Below, in pieces: positions 19,453-28,546 of a DNA stretch of 64,000 nucleotides. Location: positions 15,756-79,755 of the forward strand of contig DAICXR010000004.1 in the NCBI GenBank assembly GCA_027312065.1, read 5' to 3'. The position numbers were made by a program, and so were the translations under genes. The stretch comes from Flavobacteriales bacterium (GTDB lineage Bacteria > Bacteroidota > Bacteroidia > Flavobacteriales > Flavobacteriaceae). The notes below the pieces were generated by a model that did not search any database, was not told the DNA's origin, and saw nothing but the letters and a program-made list of their open reading frames with translations. Position 1 is the first letter of the stretch, and each line of letters begins with the position of its first letter.

Positions 19453-19457
19453 TGGGG

Positions 19458-20114
19458 TTACATGTTAAGATATTTGTCTAAATAGTCTGAACGTTCTTTT
19501 AAATTAGTGATATAAGAGTCTTCGTGGTGTTCGGATATAATTTCGTAATTGTATCGTCTGAAAGTTTGGATAATTTCATTAATAGCTCCCGAACTTATTT
19601 TTATAGTAACTTCTACAGTACTGTTGTCAGCTTCAGAAATAAATAATCCTAACAATTTACCATTGTTGCTCTCCACAATTTGGGTAATTTGGCTCATCGA
19701 ATAATCTAGGATTCCTTTACTCACCTTTACAATGGCTCCTTGTTCTTTTATAAAAGGAGTTTGATTGAAAAAATTAATAATGTCTTCCATTTCATAATAG
19801 CCCACATATTTATTGTTTTCGTCTAAAACCGGAATCAAATTAGAATGGTTTTTAGCAAAAACTTCTAAAACTTCTAACCAAAGCGAATAGGTTCTAATAA
19901 AAAATGTTTCCAGACTATATTTATAATCGGATACTTTTTTGTTTTCTTCAAAAGTTTCGACATCTTCAGCCGAAATACTTCCTATATAGATGCCTTCTTC
20001 AACAATTGGAAAGTGAGAAAAATTGAAATCGACCAAAAAATCCCTAACAGTTCCAATAGTCTCTTGGCTGTCAATAGGTTTGAAATCAGTAGTGATGTAG
20101 TTTGAAATTTCCAT
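19458..20114 (-). CDS. CBS domain-containing protein
   Basis: 218 aa. Contains two CBS-like modules (HFPIVEEGIYIGSISAEDV and IPVLDENNKYVGYYEMEDI). Lies 5 bp upstream of nadK. Confidence 0.7.
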   Translation of the reverse strand: MEISNYITTDFKPIDSQETIGTVRDFLVDFNFSHFPIVEEGIYIGSISAEDVETFEENKKVSDYKYSLETFFIRTYSLWLEVLEVFAKNHSNLIPVLDENNKYVGYYEMEDIINFFNQTPFIKEQGAIVKVSKGILDYSMSQITQIVESNNGKLLGLFISEADNSTVEVTIKISSGAINEIIQTFRRYNYEIISEHHEDSYITNLKERSDYLDKYLNM

Positions 20115-20229
20115 TTTGTGTGAGTCCTCAATTTTTATGCAAAATAATCAAAAAAAGGCAAAATCGCCTAGCTTTTACTTTGTATTTTTGTAACCAAATT
20201 ATAGTTTTTCGTAATCAAAAATTGTTCCA

Positions 20230-20943
20230 ATGACAAAATTAAGTGTAAACATCAATAAAATAGCTACTTTACGTAATGCCCGTGGAGGAAATGTTCCTGA
20301 TTTATTAAAAGTAGCCACCGATATTCAAAAATTTGGAGGACAAGGAATCACCATTCATCCGCGTCCCGATGAGCGTCACATTCGTTATCAGGATGCTCGC
20401 GATTTGAAATCGATTGTTTACACCGAATTTAATATCGAAGGAAATCCGCAACATAATTTTATCGATTTAGTTCTCGAATGCAAACCAGAGCAAGTTACTT
20501 TGGTTCCTGATGCTATTGGTGCAATAACTTCGTCAGCTGGTTGGGATACTGTAAAAAACCAAGCGTATTTAACGGAGATGATTCAGGAATTTCAACGCAA
20601 CGGGATTAGAACTTCTATTTTTGTTGATCCTACATTAGAAATGATTGAAGGCGCTAAAAAAACAGGAACGGACAGAATCGAATTGTACACTGAAGCTTTT
20701 GCACATCAATACAGCCTAGGAAACGAAAAAGGAATTACTCCTTATATTGAATCAGCTGTTTTGGCAAATGAATTGGGTTTAGGTATTAATGCGGGACACG
20801 ATTTAAGTTTAGATAACATTCAGTTTTTTAAGCAAAATATTCCAGGATTATTAGAGGTTTCTATTGGTCACGCTTTAATTGCCGAAGCCTTATATCTTGG
20901 ATTGGAAAACGTAGTTAATATGTATTTGCAAAAATTAAAATAG
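20230..20943 (+). CDS. pdxJ: Pyridoxine 5'-phosphate synthase
   Basis: 237 aa with motifs [35 protein letters not shown] and NAGHDL. Confidence 0.95.
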   Translation: MTKLSVNINKIATLRNARGGNVPDLLKVATDIQKFGGQGITIHPRPDERHIRYQDARDLKSIVYTEFNIEGNPQHNFIDLVLECKPEQVTLVPDAIGAITSSAGWDTVKNQAYLTEMIQEFQRNGIRTSIFVDPTLEMIEGAKKTGTDRIELYTEAFAHQYSLGNEKGITPYIESAVLANELGLGINAGHDLSLDNIQFFKQNIPGLLEVSIGHALIAEALYLGLENVVNMYLQKLK

Positions 20944-20961
20944 TATCAATTGATTGAAAAT

Positions 20962-21027
20962 TGAGCAGGGATTTTTTCTGCAATCTAAAATCTGCTCCCG
21001 ACGCTTCGGGACTAAAATCTAAAATCA
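20962..21027. repeat. REP-like intergenic element with small hairpins and AATCTAAAATC direct repeats
   Basis: GAGCAG...CTGCTC, then CCCGA-cgct-TCGGG, flanked by AATCTAAAATC and CTAAAATCTAAAATC. Confidence 0.45.
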
Positions 21028-21028
21028 A

Positions 21029-21790
21029 ATGCTTTATTCAAAAATAGAAGGAGAAGGAAAACCATTTTTAATTATACACGGATTTCTTGGAATGTCCGAC
21101 AATTGGAAAACCTTAGGACAGCAATTTGCTGCTGAAGGCTTCCAGGTTCACATGCTTGACATGCGCAATCACGGAAAAAGTTTTCAATCGGAAGCATTTA
21201 GTTATGAATTAATGGTTCAGGATGTTTTTGAGTATTGTCAGACTCAGGCTTTAGAATCTATCAATATTTTAGGACATTCGATGGGGGGGAAAATTGCAAT
21301 GCTTTTTGCAACCCGATATCCAGAAATGGTGGAGAAATTAATTGTTGCCGATATTGGCCCTAAGTTTTATGCACCGCATCATCAAACTATTTTGGCGGGA
21401 TTGAATGCTGTAGATTTTTCGGTTAAACCAAGTCGAGCTGAGGTTGAAGCAATTTTAGGTCAATACATAACCGATTTTGGAACCAAACAATTTTTGCTAA
21501 AAAACCTCTATTGGCAAGAGCCTGGACAATTGGCGTTCCGATTTAATTTGGCTGTTTTTAATGAAAAAATAGAAGAAATAGGAGTGCCTTTACCATCCGA
21601 ATTGGTTTTTGAAAAACCTACGCTTTTTATTCGTGGTGGAAATTCCAATTATATTTTAGATTCGGATGTTGAAGATATAGCCGTTCATTTTCCATTAATG
21701 AAACTAGAAACGATTCCAAATGCTGGACATTGGCTTCATGCCGAAAATCCAGCCTTGTTTTATCAAATGGTTATTTCGTTTTTAAATTAG
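21029..21790 (+). CDS. Alpha/beta hydrolase (YbfF-like esterase)
   Basis: 253 aa with IIHGFLG, nucleophile elbow GHSMGG and a C-terminal GHWLHAE. Confidence 0.85.
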   Translation: MLYSKIEGEGKPFLIIHGFLGMSDNWKTLGQQFAAEGFQVHMLDMRNHGKSFQSEAFSYELMVQDVFEYCQTQALESINILGHSMGGKIAMLFATRYPEMVEKLIVADIGPKFYAPHHQTILAGLNAVDFSVKPSRAEVEAILGQYITDFGTKQFLLKNLYWQEPGQLAFRFNLAVFNEKIEEIGVPLPSELVFEKPTLFIRGGNSNYILDSDVEDIAVHFPLMKLETIPNAGHWLHAENPALFYQMVISFLN

Positions 21791-21806
21791 TTCTTAAAAT
21801 ATGTAT

Positions 21807-21838
21807 AAAACAGCAACTTTCAGGTTGCTGTTTTTTTT
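21807..21838 (+). terminator. Rho-independent terminator
   Basis: Hairpin CAGCAAC-tttcag-GTTGCTG followed by T8. Confidence 0.8.
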
Positions 21839-21958
21839 ATGAGTAAATTTTAAAATTATAATTTTGATAAATGTAATTAAAACACTTATGTTTGTGTTCT
21901 TTGAAAACGATATTTATTCTTAGATAAAAAAAATAATTAACCACCAAACCAAAATAAA

Positions 21959-23065
21959 ATGATTGCTACTATTTGTCCTAATTTCTTGAAACGTATTGAA
22001 CCCATAAGAGTTGTTTTGTGTCTATTAACAATTCTTGTTTTGCAAAGTTGTGGTGCTGTAAAAAATAACCAATCTTCAAAAGAGAAAATGAGTGCTTATT
22101 TAATGACTTATTTTAAAGATGACACTCATGGATTGTATTTTGCATTGAGTAATGATGGTTATACGTTTACCGATGTTAATTCTGGAAATCCTGTTGTTGC
22201 TGGAGATACTATTGCTGAGCAAAAAGGAATTCGCGATCCTTATATTATGCGTGGCAATGACGGTTATTTTTATTTGGCAATGACCGATTTGCATATTTAT
22301 GGAAAACAGAAAGGTTACAGAGATACCGAATGGGAACGTCCAGTAGATAAATACGATTGGGGAAATAATAGGGATTTAGTGTTGATGAAATCAAAAGATT
22401 TGATTCATTGGTCACATTCAATTTTAGATATAGCTAAATTATATCCAGAGTGGAATGTGGGTTGTGTTTGGGCGCCCGAATTGATTTATGATGAGGTGAA
22501 AGGAAAAATCATGATTTATTTCACGATGCGTAAGGGTAAAGGGCGTACTAAATTGTATTATGGATATATGAATAAGGACTTTACAGCATTAGAATCAACA
22601 CCTGAAATTCTTTTTGAATATCCAGATAGTACAAAACAAATTTTGGATGCTGATATTACAAAACTACCCGACGGAAGATTCTGTATGATGTATGTTGCTC
22701 AGGAAAATCCTGGAGGCATTAAAATGGCATTTTCGGATAAAATAAATAGCGGTTATGTGTATCAGCCAGAGCAAATTGATTTCGAAAAAAAATCATGCGA
22801 AGCTCCCAATGTATTTAAGCGTATCGGCGAAGACAAATGGGTTTTGATGTACGATATTTTTAGTGTCAATCCACACAATTTTGGTTTTGCAGAAACCACC
22901 GATTTTAAAACATTTACCAATCTTGGTCATTTTGATCAGGGCGTTATGAAACGAACTAATTTTTCAGTTCAAAAACACGGTTCGGTGATTCATTTGACTA
23001 AAAAAGAAGCGCTTCTTTTGGCTAAACATTGGAATACTAATTTCTCATTTGATACTAAAAAATAA
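21959..23065 (+). CDS. Glycoside hydrolase family 43-like lipoprotein
   Basis: 368 aa with lipobox LVLQSC. Motifs GIRDPYIMRGNDGYFYLAMTD, VWAPELIYDE and CEAPNVFK fit the five-bladed propeller Asp/Asp/Glu pattern. Confidence 0.75.
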   Translation: MIATICPNFLKRIEPIRVVLCLLTILVLQSCGAVKNNQSSKEKMSAYLMTYFKDDTHGLYFALSNDGYTFTDVNSGNPVVAGDTIAEQKGIRDPYIMRGNDGYFYLAMTDLHIYGKQKGYRDTEWERPVDKYDWGNNRDLVLMKSKDLIHWSHSILDIAKLYPEWNVGCVWAPELIYDEVKGKIMIYFTMRKGKGRTKLYYGYMNKDFTALESTPEILFEYPDSTKQILDADITKLPDGRFCMMYVAQENPGGIKMAFSDKINSGYVYQPEQIDFEKKSCEAPNVFKRIGEDKWVLMYDIFSVNPHNFGFAETTDFKTFTNLGHFDQGVMKRTNFSVQKHGSVIHLTKKEALLLAKHWNTNFSFDTKK

Positions 23066-23067
23066 AT

Positions 23068-24984
23068 ATGAAGTTGATATTTAAAATAGCATTATGCAGC
23101 ATTTTGTGTGTGTCCAGTTTAACCGCTCAAAAGAAAGATTTAAAAGGCTATCTTTTTGCTTATTTTGAAGGCAAAGGTCCTGCCGAAAAACAAGAACAAT
23201 TGCGTTTTGCAGTAAGTGATGATGCAGTAAATTGGAAAGCATTGAATAATAACGAACCTATTATTCCTTCAAAAGATATTTCTAATACTGGCGGGATTAG
23301 GGATCCTCATATTCTAAGAGGTGCAGATGGAAACAGTTTTTATATGGTTGCGACTGATATGCATACTAAGAAAAATGGCTGGGATTACAATCCGGGAATT
23401 GTTTTGATGCATTCCAAAAATCTTGTGGATTGGAAATCATCAGTAGTTGATTTGGAGAAATTATATCCTAAAAAATTTAAAGATATAAAATGGGTTTGGG
23501 CTCCACAGACTTTTTATGATGCTAAAGCAAAAAAGTATCTGGTTTACTTCACGGTTCGCTTTAAATACAATGAAAAGCTTGATTTCTATTGTGCTTATGC
23601 GAATAAGGATTTTACAGCTTTTGAACAAGAGCCAAAACTAATGTTTAGTCCAAAAGACGGTGCTATTGATGGTGATATTATTTTTAAAGATGGTACTTAT
23701 CATTTTTTCTACAAAGGAAATACAAAAGATGAAACTGGAAAGGAAATCAAAAATGGTATCAAACAGGCTACAAGTAAAAAACTACAAGGGCCTTGGAAAG
23801 AAAGTTTCGAATATCTAGATGCTTATGCTGATACAAACACAAATGTAGAAGGTTCTTCGGTTTTTAAATTGAATAACAGCGACGAATATATCTTAATGTA
23901 TGATTTGTATTCTAGCGGAAGATATGAATTTCAACGTTCTAAAGATTTGTATCATTTTACAGCCAAAACCGAATCGTTTACTAAGGATTTTTTTCCAAGA
24001 CACGGAAGCGTTTTAGGAATTACAACAGAAGAAGCATTAAGATTACAGGAAAAATGGGGCGGTGTTCCTCAAAGTTTATTGACTGCTAAAGATGGAACAT
24101 TTCGTTTTAAAGCAGAAGGAAATCCAATAATCAAACATAAATTTACGGCTGATCCAGCTGCTTTTGTTGAAAAAGATACCTTGTGGTTGTTTACCGGACA
24201 TGATTTTGAAGGTGGACAAAAAGGTTATAAACTGAAAGATTGGTTGGTTTTTTCTACAACTGATTTGAAAAATTGGACCGAATATCCAGTGCCATTAAAA
24301 ATTGAAGATTTTAAATGGGATAAGACCAATGATGCTTACGCAGGACAAACCATTAAAAGAAACGGAAAGTACTATTGGTATATTAGTACAAATGGTTCTG
24401 GAATTGGAGTCGCAGTTGCTGATAAACCACAAGGACCATATAAAGATGCATTAGGAAAACCTTTATTGACTAATGCCGATTGTTTTGCGTCAACGCATTC
24501 CTGGACTTGTATTGACCCAGCGGTTTTTATAGATGATAATGGACAAGCCTGGTTGTTTTGGGGTAATGGAGTTTGCTATTACGCAAAACTGAAAGAAAAC
24601 ATGATTGAAATTGACGGTCCAATTAAGAAAATTGATTTCGAAGGATTTCAGTTTACCGAAGCTCCCTGGGTTCATAAAAAAGATGGAAAATATTATCTTA
24701 GTTATGCAACTGGTTTTCCTGAAAAAATCGCTTATGCTATGGCAGATAACATAGAAGGGCCTTATGTATACAAAGGAATTCTAAATGAAATTGCAGGAAA
24801 TAGCAATACTAATCATCAGGCAATTTTAGAATTTAAAGGACAGTCTTATTTTATTTATCACAATGGAGCCATACAGACTAATGGTTCCAGCTACAGCAGA
24901 TCGGTTTGTATTGATAAGTTAGAATACAAGCCAGATGGAACTATAAAAAGAGTAATAATGACTACCGAAGGCGTTATCAAATAA
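23068..24984 (+). CDS. Two-module GH43 glycoside hydrolase (a paralog of the upstream gene fused to a canonical GH43 xylosidase/arabinofuranosidase-type module)
   Basis: 638 aa. The N-terminal half has GIRDPHILRGADGNSFYMVATD and WVWAPQTFYD. The C-terminal half has FTADPAAFVEKDTLWLFTGHD, CIDPAVFIDDNGQAWLFWG and TEAPWVHKKDGKYYLSYA. Confidence 0.8.
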   Translation: MKLIFKIALCSILCVSSLTAQKKDLKGYLFAYFEGKGPAEKQEQLRFAVSDDAVNWKALNNNEPIIPSKDISNTGGIRDPHILRGADGNSFYMVATDMHTKKNGWDYNPGIVLMHSKNLVDWKSSVVDLEKLYPKKFKDIKWVWAPQTFYDAKAKKYLVYFTVRFKYNEKLDFYCAYANKDFTAFEQEPKLMFSPKDGAIDGDIIFKDGTYHFFYKGNTKDETGKEIKNGIKQATSKKLQGPWKESFEYLDAYADTNTNVEGSSVFKLNNSDEYILMYDLYSSGRYEFQRSKDLYHFTAKTESFTKDFFPRHGSVLGITTEEALRLQEKWGGVPQSLLTAKDGTFRFKAEGNPIIKHKFTADPAAFVEKDTLWLFTGHDFEGGQKGYKLKDWLVFSTTDLKNWTEYPVPLKIEDFKWDKTNDAYAGQTIKRNGKYYWYISTNGSGIGVAVADKPQGPYKDALGKPLLTNADCFASTHSWTCIDPAVFIDDNGQAWLFWGNGVCYYAKLKENMIEIDGPIKKIDFEGFQFTEAPWVHKKDGKYYLSYATGFPEKIAYAMADNIEGPYVYKGILNEIAGNSNTNHQAILEFKGQSYFIYHNGAIQTNGSSYSRSVCIDKLEYKPDGTIKRVIMTTEGVIK

Positions 24985-24998
24985 GACCGAATACAGAT

Positions 24999-25031
24999 TA
25001 TAGCAATTTCTTTTTTTAGGGAATTGCTATA
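24999..25031 (+). terminator. Hairpin after the GH43 genes (no strong T-run)
   Basis: TATAGCAATTTC-ttttttta-GGGAATTGCTATA. Confidence 0.35.
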
Positions 25032-25075
25032 ATTTAAAATTGTAGTACTTTTGAAGTAATAAAAATAAAAAGTAA

Positions 25076-25417
25076 ATGAAATTAATTGTTAGAGTTTTAG
25101 TCACTTCTATTTTAGTCCTACTGATTTCTCATTTTATGAAAGGAGTGCATGTGGCCAGCTTTACTACAGCGCTTATTGTAGCGGTTGTTTTAGGCTTGCT
25201 GAATATTTTTGTAAAACCTATTTTGGTGTTGTTTACTTTGCCAATTACCTTTTTTACACTTGGATTGTTTTTGCTGGTTATCAATGGTTTGATTATTATA
25301 TTATGCGATAATATTGTTGGCGGTTTTGATGTAGATAATTTTTTCACTGCTCTGTTATTTAGCATTATACTATCTGTTTCACAGTCTCTTGCAAATTTGT
25401 TTATAGGAGATAAATAA
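25076..25417 (+). CDS. Small integral membrane protein (phage-holin-4_2 / DUF360-like)
   Basis: 113 aa with about four TM helices. The N-terminus (ILVLLISHFM.GV...F.TALIVAVVLGLLNIFVKPIL) is typical of this family. Confidence 0.6.
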   Translation: MKLIVRVLVTSILVLLISHFMKGVHVASFTTALIVAVVLGLLNIFVKPILVLFTLPITFFTLGLFLLVINGLIIILCDNIVGGFDVDNFFTALLFSIILSVSQSLANLFIGDK

Positions 25418-25456
25418 CACGAGAACCTATAAAAAAATCATAAATACAAACGGATT

Positions 25457-25488
25457 TTGCTTTTGACCAAGTAAAATCATTAATTTTG
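25457..25488 (+). promoter_or_regulatory. Candidate Bacteroidota sigma-A promoter (TTG-N21-TAATTTTG) for the first gene of the copper island
   Basis: TTG at 25457-25459 and a TAnnTTTG match (TAATTTTG) at 25481-25488, 19 nt upstream of the ATG at 25507. Confidence 0.45.
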
Positions 25489-25506
25489 TTTCATAAAGAT
25501 TTCGAA

Positions 25507-25875
25507 ATGAATAAAATCTACATCATAGTATTTGCGTTACTGGGCTTCTTCCTGATGCCTAGTGCAACCTATGCGTGTGGATCTGGTTAAGGAAAGCATT
25601 CTTGTAAAATGGAAATGTCTTCCAAAACAAAAACGAAAGATTGCTGCAGTAAAAAAACAAAGTCTAAAGAATCAAAAGACAAAGGTTGTTCAGGAAAATG
25701 CGGACAATCAATGTGTGGTGTTTCTTCAGTAAATATTGGAATTGCTGCTACACTTTATTACGAAATTCCGAATGCTATTTTTAGCTTTTCAGAAAAAAAA
25801 CAAAATTTCTCTCATTCCGTATCCGTTCCTTCTGATGGATATGTTAGCCTTTGGTTGATACCAAAAATAGGCTAA
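25507..25875 (+). pseudogene. Cys-rich small secreted/membrane protein interrupted by one in-frame TAA (25588-25590)
   Basis: ATG 25507 encodes MNKIYIIVFALLGFFLMPSATYACGSG, then TAA. The same frame continues GKHSCKMEMSSKTKTKDCCSKK...CSGKCGQSMCG... to 25875. The track ORF 25609-25875 is the downstream part. Confidence 0.5.
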
Positions 25876-26026
25876 ATTCCTTTGTTGATAGCCATTGGTC
25901 TATCCATTTCAAAGCAAATTTGCTTTACAAATTCATTCATTTTTTCGGTTAATTAAAAAAGAGCAATAGTTTTTAAAACTATGTTGCTGGTATTGATTAA
26001 CACATTCATTTAAAAAATATAAAATC

Positions 26027-26401
26027 ATGAAATCATTAAAAAAAATAATGGTAGCAGTTGTAGTATTGCTATCAATAAGCGTTAACGCACAAATTAAAAA
26101 CAAAAAAACAGAAACTGTAAAAATATCAGGTAACTGTGAAATGTGTAAAAAGAAAATCGAAACAGCCGGAAATCTTAAAAAAGTAGCTGTTGTAGAATGG
26201 GATGTCAATTCTAAAATGGCAAAACTGACTTATGATTCGACTAAAACAAATTCAGATGAAATTTTGAGCCGAATTGCTAAAGCAGGTTATGATAATGATA
26301 AGTTTTCAGCAACTGACGAGCAATACAAAAAGCTGCATACTTGTTGTCAATATGATAGAAAAGTAACTGGAACTCCTGAAAAAGAAGAGCACAAGCACTA
26401 A
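26027..26401 (+). CDS. Secreted heavy-metal-associated (HMA) domain protein
   Basis: 124 aa with a signal peptide. Metal-binding motif GNCEMCKKKIE on a ferredoxin-like HMA fold. The tail has CCQYDR and EEHKH. Confidence 0.8.
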   Translation: MKSLKKIMVAVVVLLSISVNAQIKNKKTETVKISGNCEMCKKKIETAGNLKKVAVVEWDVNSKMAKLTYDSTKTNSDEILSRIAKAGYDNDKFSATDEQYKKLHTCCQYDRKVTGTPEKEEHKH

Positions 26402-26487
26402 TTTCGCCATTTTATTACTACGGTCTTTTGGTCATTTTTGTGTTCCAAAAGACTGTGGTAAAATGATAAATTTCAAAATTTAAAAAG

Positions 26488-27012
26488 ATGAAAACAGATA
26501 TAATAATAAAAAGATTCATTGCTTTAGTAATGTTATTAGGCATCACAAGTTCGTATGCTCAAATTTCGAAAGCTGAAATTATTGCTACAGGTTTGACATG
26601 TTCGATGTGTTCAAATGCTATCAATAAACAATTGAAAGCAATGCCCGAAGTAGAAAAAGTAATGATTGATTTGAACAACAATACTTTTGTGGTGAACCTA
26701 AAAGCGAATAGTAAAATTACGCCAGAAGCCTTGCGACTGAATATTGAAAAAACAGGTTTTTTTGTGGGGTCTATGATTTTAACTATGGATGCGAATACTG
26801 TAGAGCCAAAAGACAATAGTAGTTTTAAAAATGCAAGCGGTACTTATGTTTTTGTAGGTTCAGATGAAAAATCGGGCAATGAAAAACTGAGACTAAAAGT
26901 GCTAAACAGTGGTTTTGTGACCAAAAAAGAGTACAAAAAATCGGCTAAAATGCTTTCGAAATATATTGTTTTTGGTACTCAGGAAGGAACCTATTATGTA
27001 AAAACAATCTAG
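26488..27012 (+). CDS. Secreted HMA-domain protein with a C-terminal extension
   Basis: 174 aa with signal peptide ...SSYAQ. HMA motif GLTCSMCSNAINKQL, followed by about 80 aa of unknown function. Confidence 0.75.
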   Translation: MKTDIIIKRFIALVMLLGITSSYAQISKAEIIATGLTCSMCSNAINKQLKAMPEVEKVMIDLNNNTFVVNLKANSKITPEALRLNIEKTGFFVGSMILTMDANTVEPKDNSSFKNASGTYVFVGSDEKSGNEKLRLKVLNSGFVTKKEYKKSAKMLSKYIVFGTQEGTYYVKTI

Positions 27013-27816
27013 ATGAGATATTTTCTAATACTTTCATTCAGCTTGTTGTCATTTCAAATCAATGCGCAAGAGTTGTTTGTAATGACGGAACCTGCTAGTA
27101 ATATGCCCACCTCTTCAATAGGAGTGAGAGACATGAGTTTATTTGCCTTCAAAAAAACCGATGGTTACAATTACCACAATATGCCCGAATTAATGTGGGG
27201 CGTTAACAAAGACTGGATGATTCATGCTTCGGCATTTTTGAGTAATAAACAAGGTGACTTAATGCTAGAAGGAGGAAGTTTGTATGCTAAATACCGTTTT
27301 TTCTCGGTTGATGATTTTCATAGTCATTTTAGATTAGCGGCTTATGGAAGAATAAGTACAAGTAATGCCGAGATTCATCAGGAAGACATTGAAACGATGG
27401 GAATGAATTCGGGTTACGAAATTGGAGCTGTTGCCACTCAATTGATAAACAAAACCGCTTTAAGTGCAACGGTTAGTTATGAAAGAGCATTGAATAATCA
27501 GGGAAATATTTTTCCAGACGAATGGAGCAACAGTGCAATGAACTATACTTTTTCGATTGGACAATTAATGTATCCTAAAAAATATACTAGTTTTAAACAA
27601 ACGAATATCAATGCAATGTTAGAATTTTTAGGACAACGATTGAACCAAAATGGGAAATCTTATTTAGATGTCGTACCTTCGATTCAGTTTATTATTAATA
27701 GCCAGGCTCGAATAGATTTAGGATACAGACGTCAGATATATAGCGACATGGAACGCATAAGCGCTAATAGTATTTTACTGAAATTAGAGTACACTTTTTT
27801 TAATGTAACCAATTAG
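27013..27816 (+). CDS. Outer-membrane beta-barrel protein of unknown function
   Basis: 267 aa with signal peptide LLSFQINAQ and a terminal strand LLKLEYTFF. The ATG directly abuts the upstream TAG. Confidence 0.55.
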   Translation: MRYFLILSFSLLSFQINAQELFVMTEPASNMPTSSIGVRDMSLFAFKKTDGYNYHNMPELMWGVNKDWMIHASAFLSNKQGDLMLEGGSLYAKYRFFSVDDFHSHFRLAAYGRISTSNAEIHQEDIETMGMNSGYEIGAVATQLINKTALSATVSYERALNNQGNIFPDEWSNSAMNYTFSIGQLMYPKKYTSFKQTNINAMLEFLGQRLNQNGKSYLDVVPSIQFIINSQARIDLGYRRQIYSDMERISANSILLKLEYTFFNVTN

Positions 27817-27841
27817 ATTTAACTATTTTAAAATTTTAAAA

Positions 27842-28444
27842 ATGAGAAAAATAATCCTTTCGTCGATCTTATTAGCAGTTGTTTTGCTAAGTTGTAACCA
27901 AAAAAATAAAGAGGAACAAAAAACAAATCCAGAAGTAGAAACAGTAACAAAAGCAGAAGAAACTGAAGTTGCTGAAGAAATTGTTCCAGTTAGTGATGCT
28001 GTAAAAGCATCGGTTTCTACCGAAGCTATTATTAATGGGTATTTGAAAATAAAAAATGCTTTGGCAAACGATAAATCAAAAGAAGCTACAACGGAGGCAA
28101 ATGATTTTGCTAAAGCAGTTTCGGCTACTAATTCTAGTAAAATAGATTCAAAACTAGTGGATAAATATACAACGATTACCGAAAGTGCTAAAAAACAAGC
28201 CGATTTGATTGTCTCCAACGATGGTAAAATTGCAGAACAAAGAACGCACTTTGCAATTTTAAGCAAAGATATCACGAGTTTGCTTGCTACTTTTGGAACT
28301 AGCAAGAAATTATATCAGGATTATTGCCCAATGTACAATGAAGGGAAAAACGGCTATTGGATAAGCGAAATAAAAGAAATCAGAAACCCGTATTATGGTT
28401 CTGAAATGCTAAGTTGTGGCGGTATGATTAAAGAAATCAAATAA
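27842..28444 (+). CDS. DUF3347-like lipoprotein with a C-terminal CPM/Cys motif
   Basis: 200 aa with lipobox VVLLSC-NQK. Shows YLKIKNALANDKSKEA and a C-terminal YCPMYNEGKNGYWISE...SCGGMIKEI, both typical of DUF3347. Confidence 0.75.
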   Translation: MRKIILSSILLAVVLLSCNQKNKEEQKTNPEVETVTKAEETEVAEEIVPVSDAVKASVSTEAIINGYLKIKNALANDKSKEATTEANDFAKAVSATNSSKIDSKLVDKYTTITESAKKQADLIVSNDGKIAEQRTHFAILSKDITSLLATFGTSKKLYQDYCPMYNEGKNGYWISEIKEIRNPYYGSEMLSCGGMIKEIK

Positions 28445-28484
28445 TTTTTTTCGATTTATTTATTCCCGAAAAATGATTTCATCA

Positions 28485-28518
28485 AAATCCTAGCTTCATT
28501 TTAAGTTAGGATTTTTTT
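28485..28518 (+). terminator. Rho-independent terminator ending the HMA-barrel-DUF3347 unit
   Basis: Hairpin AAATCCTAGCTT-cattt-AAGTTAGGATTT followed by a T-run. Confidence 0.65.
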
Positions 28519-28546
28519 GTTAAAAAGCTTCAAAACAATTATTTAA

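Noticed and set aside
27823-28305. 160-aa minus-strand ORF opposite the DUF3347 gene.
   Set aside because: The + strand product has a lipobox and family-typical motifs. The minus ORF is the A/S/L-rich mirror of a K/E/A-rich gene.
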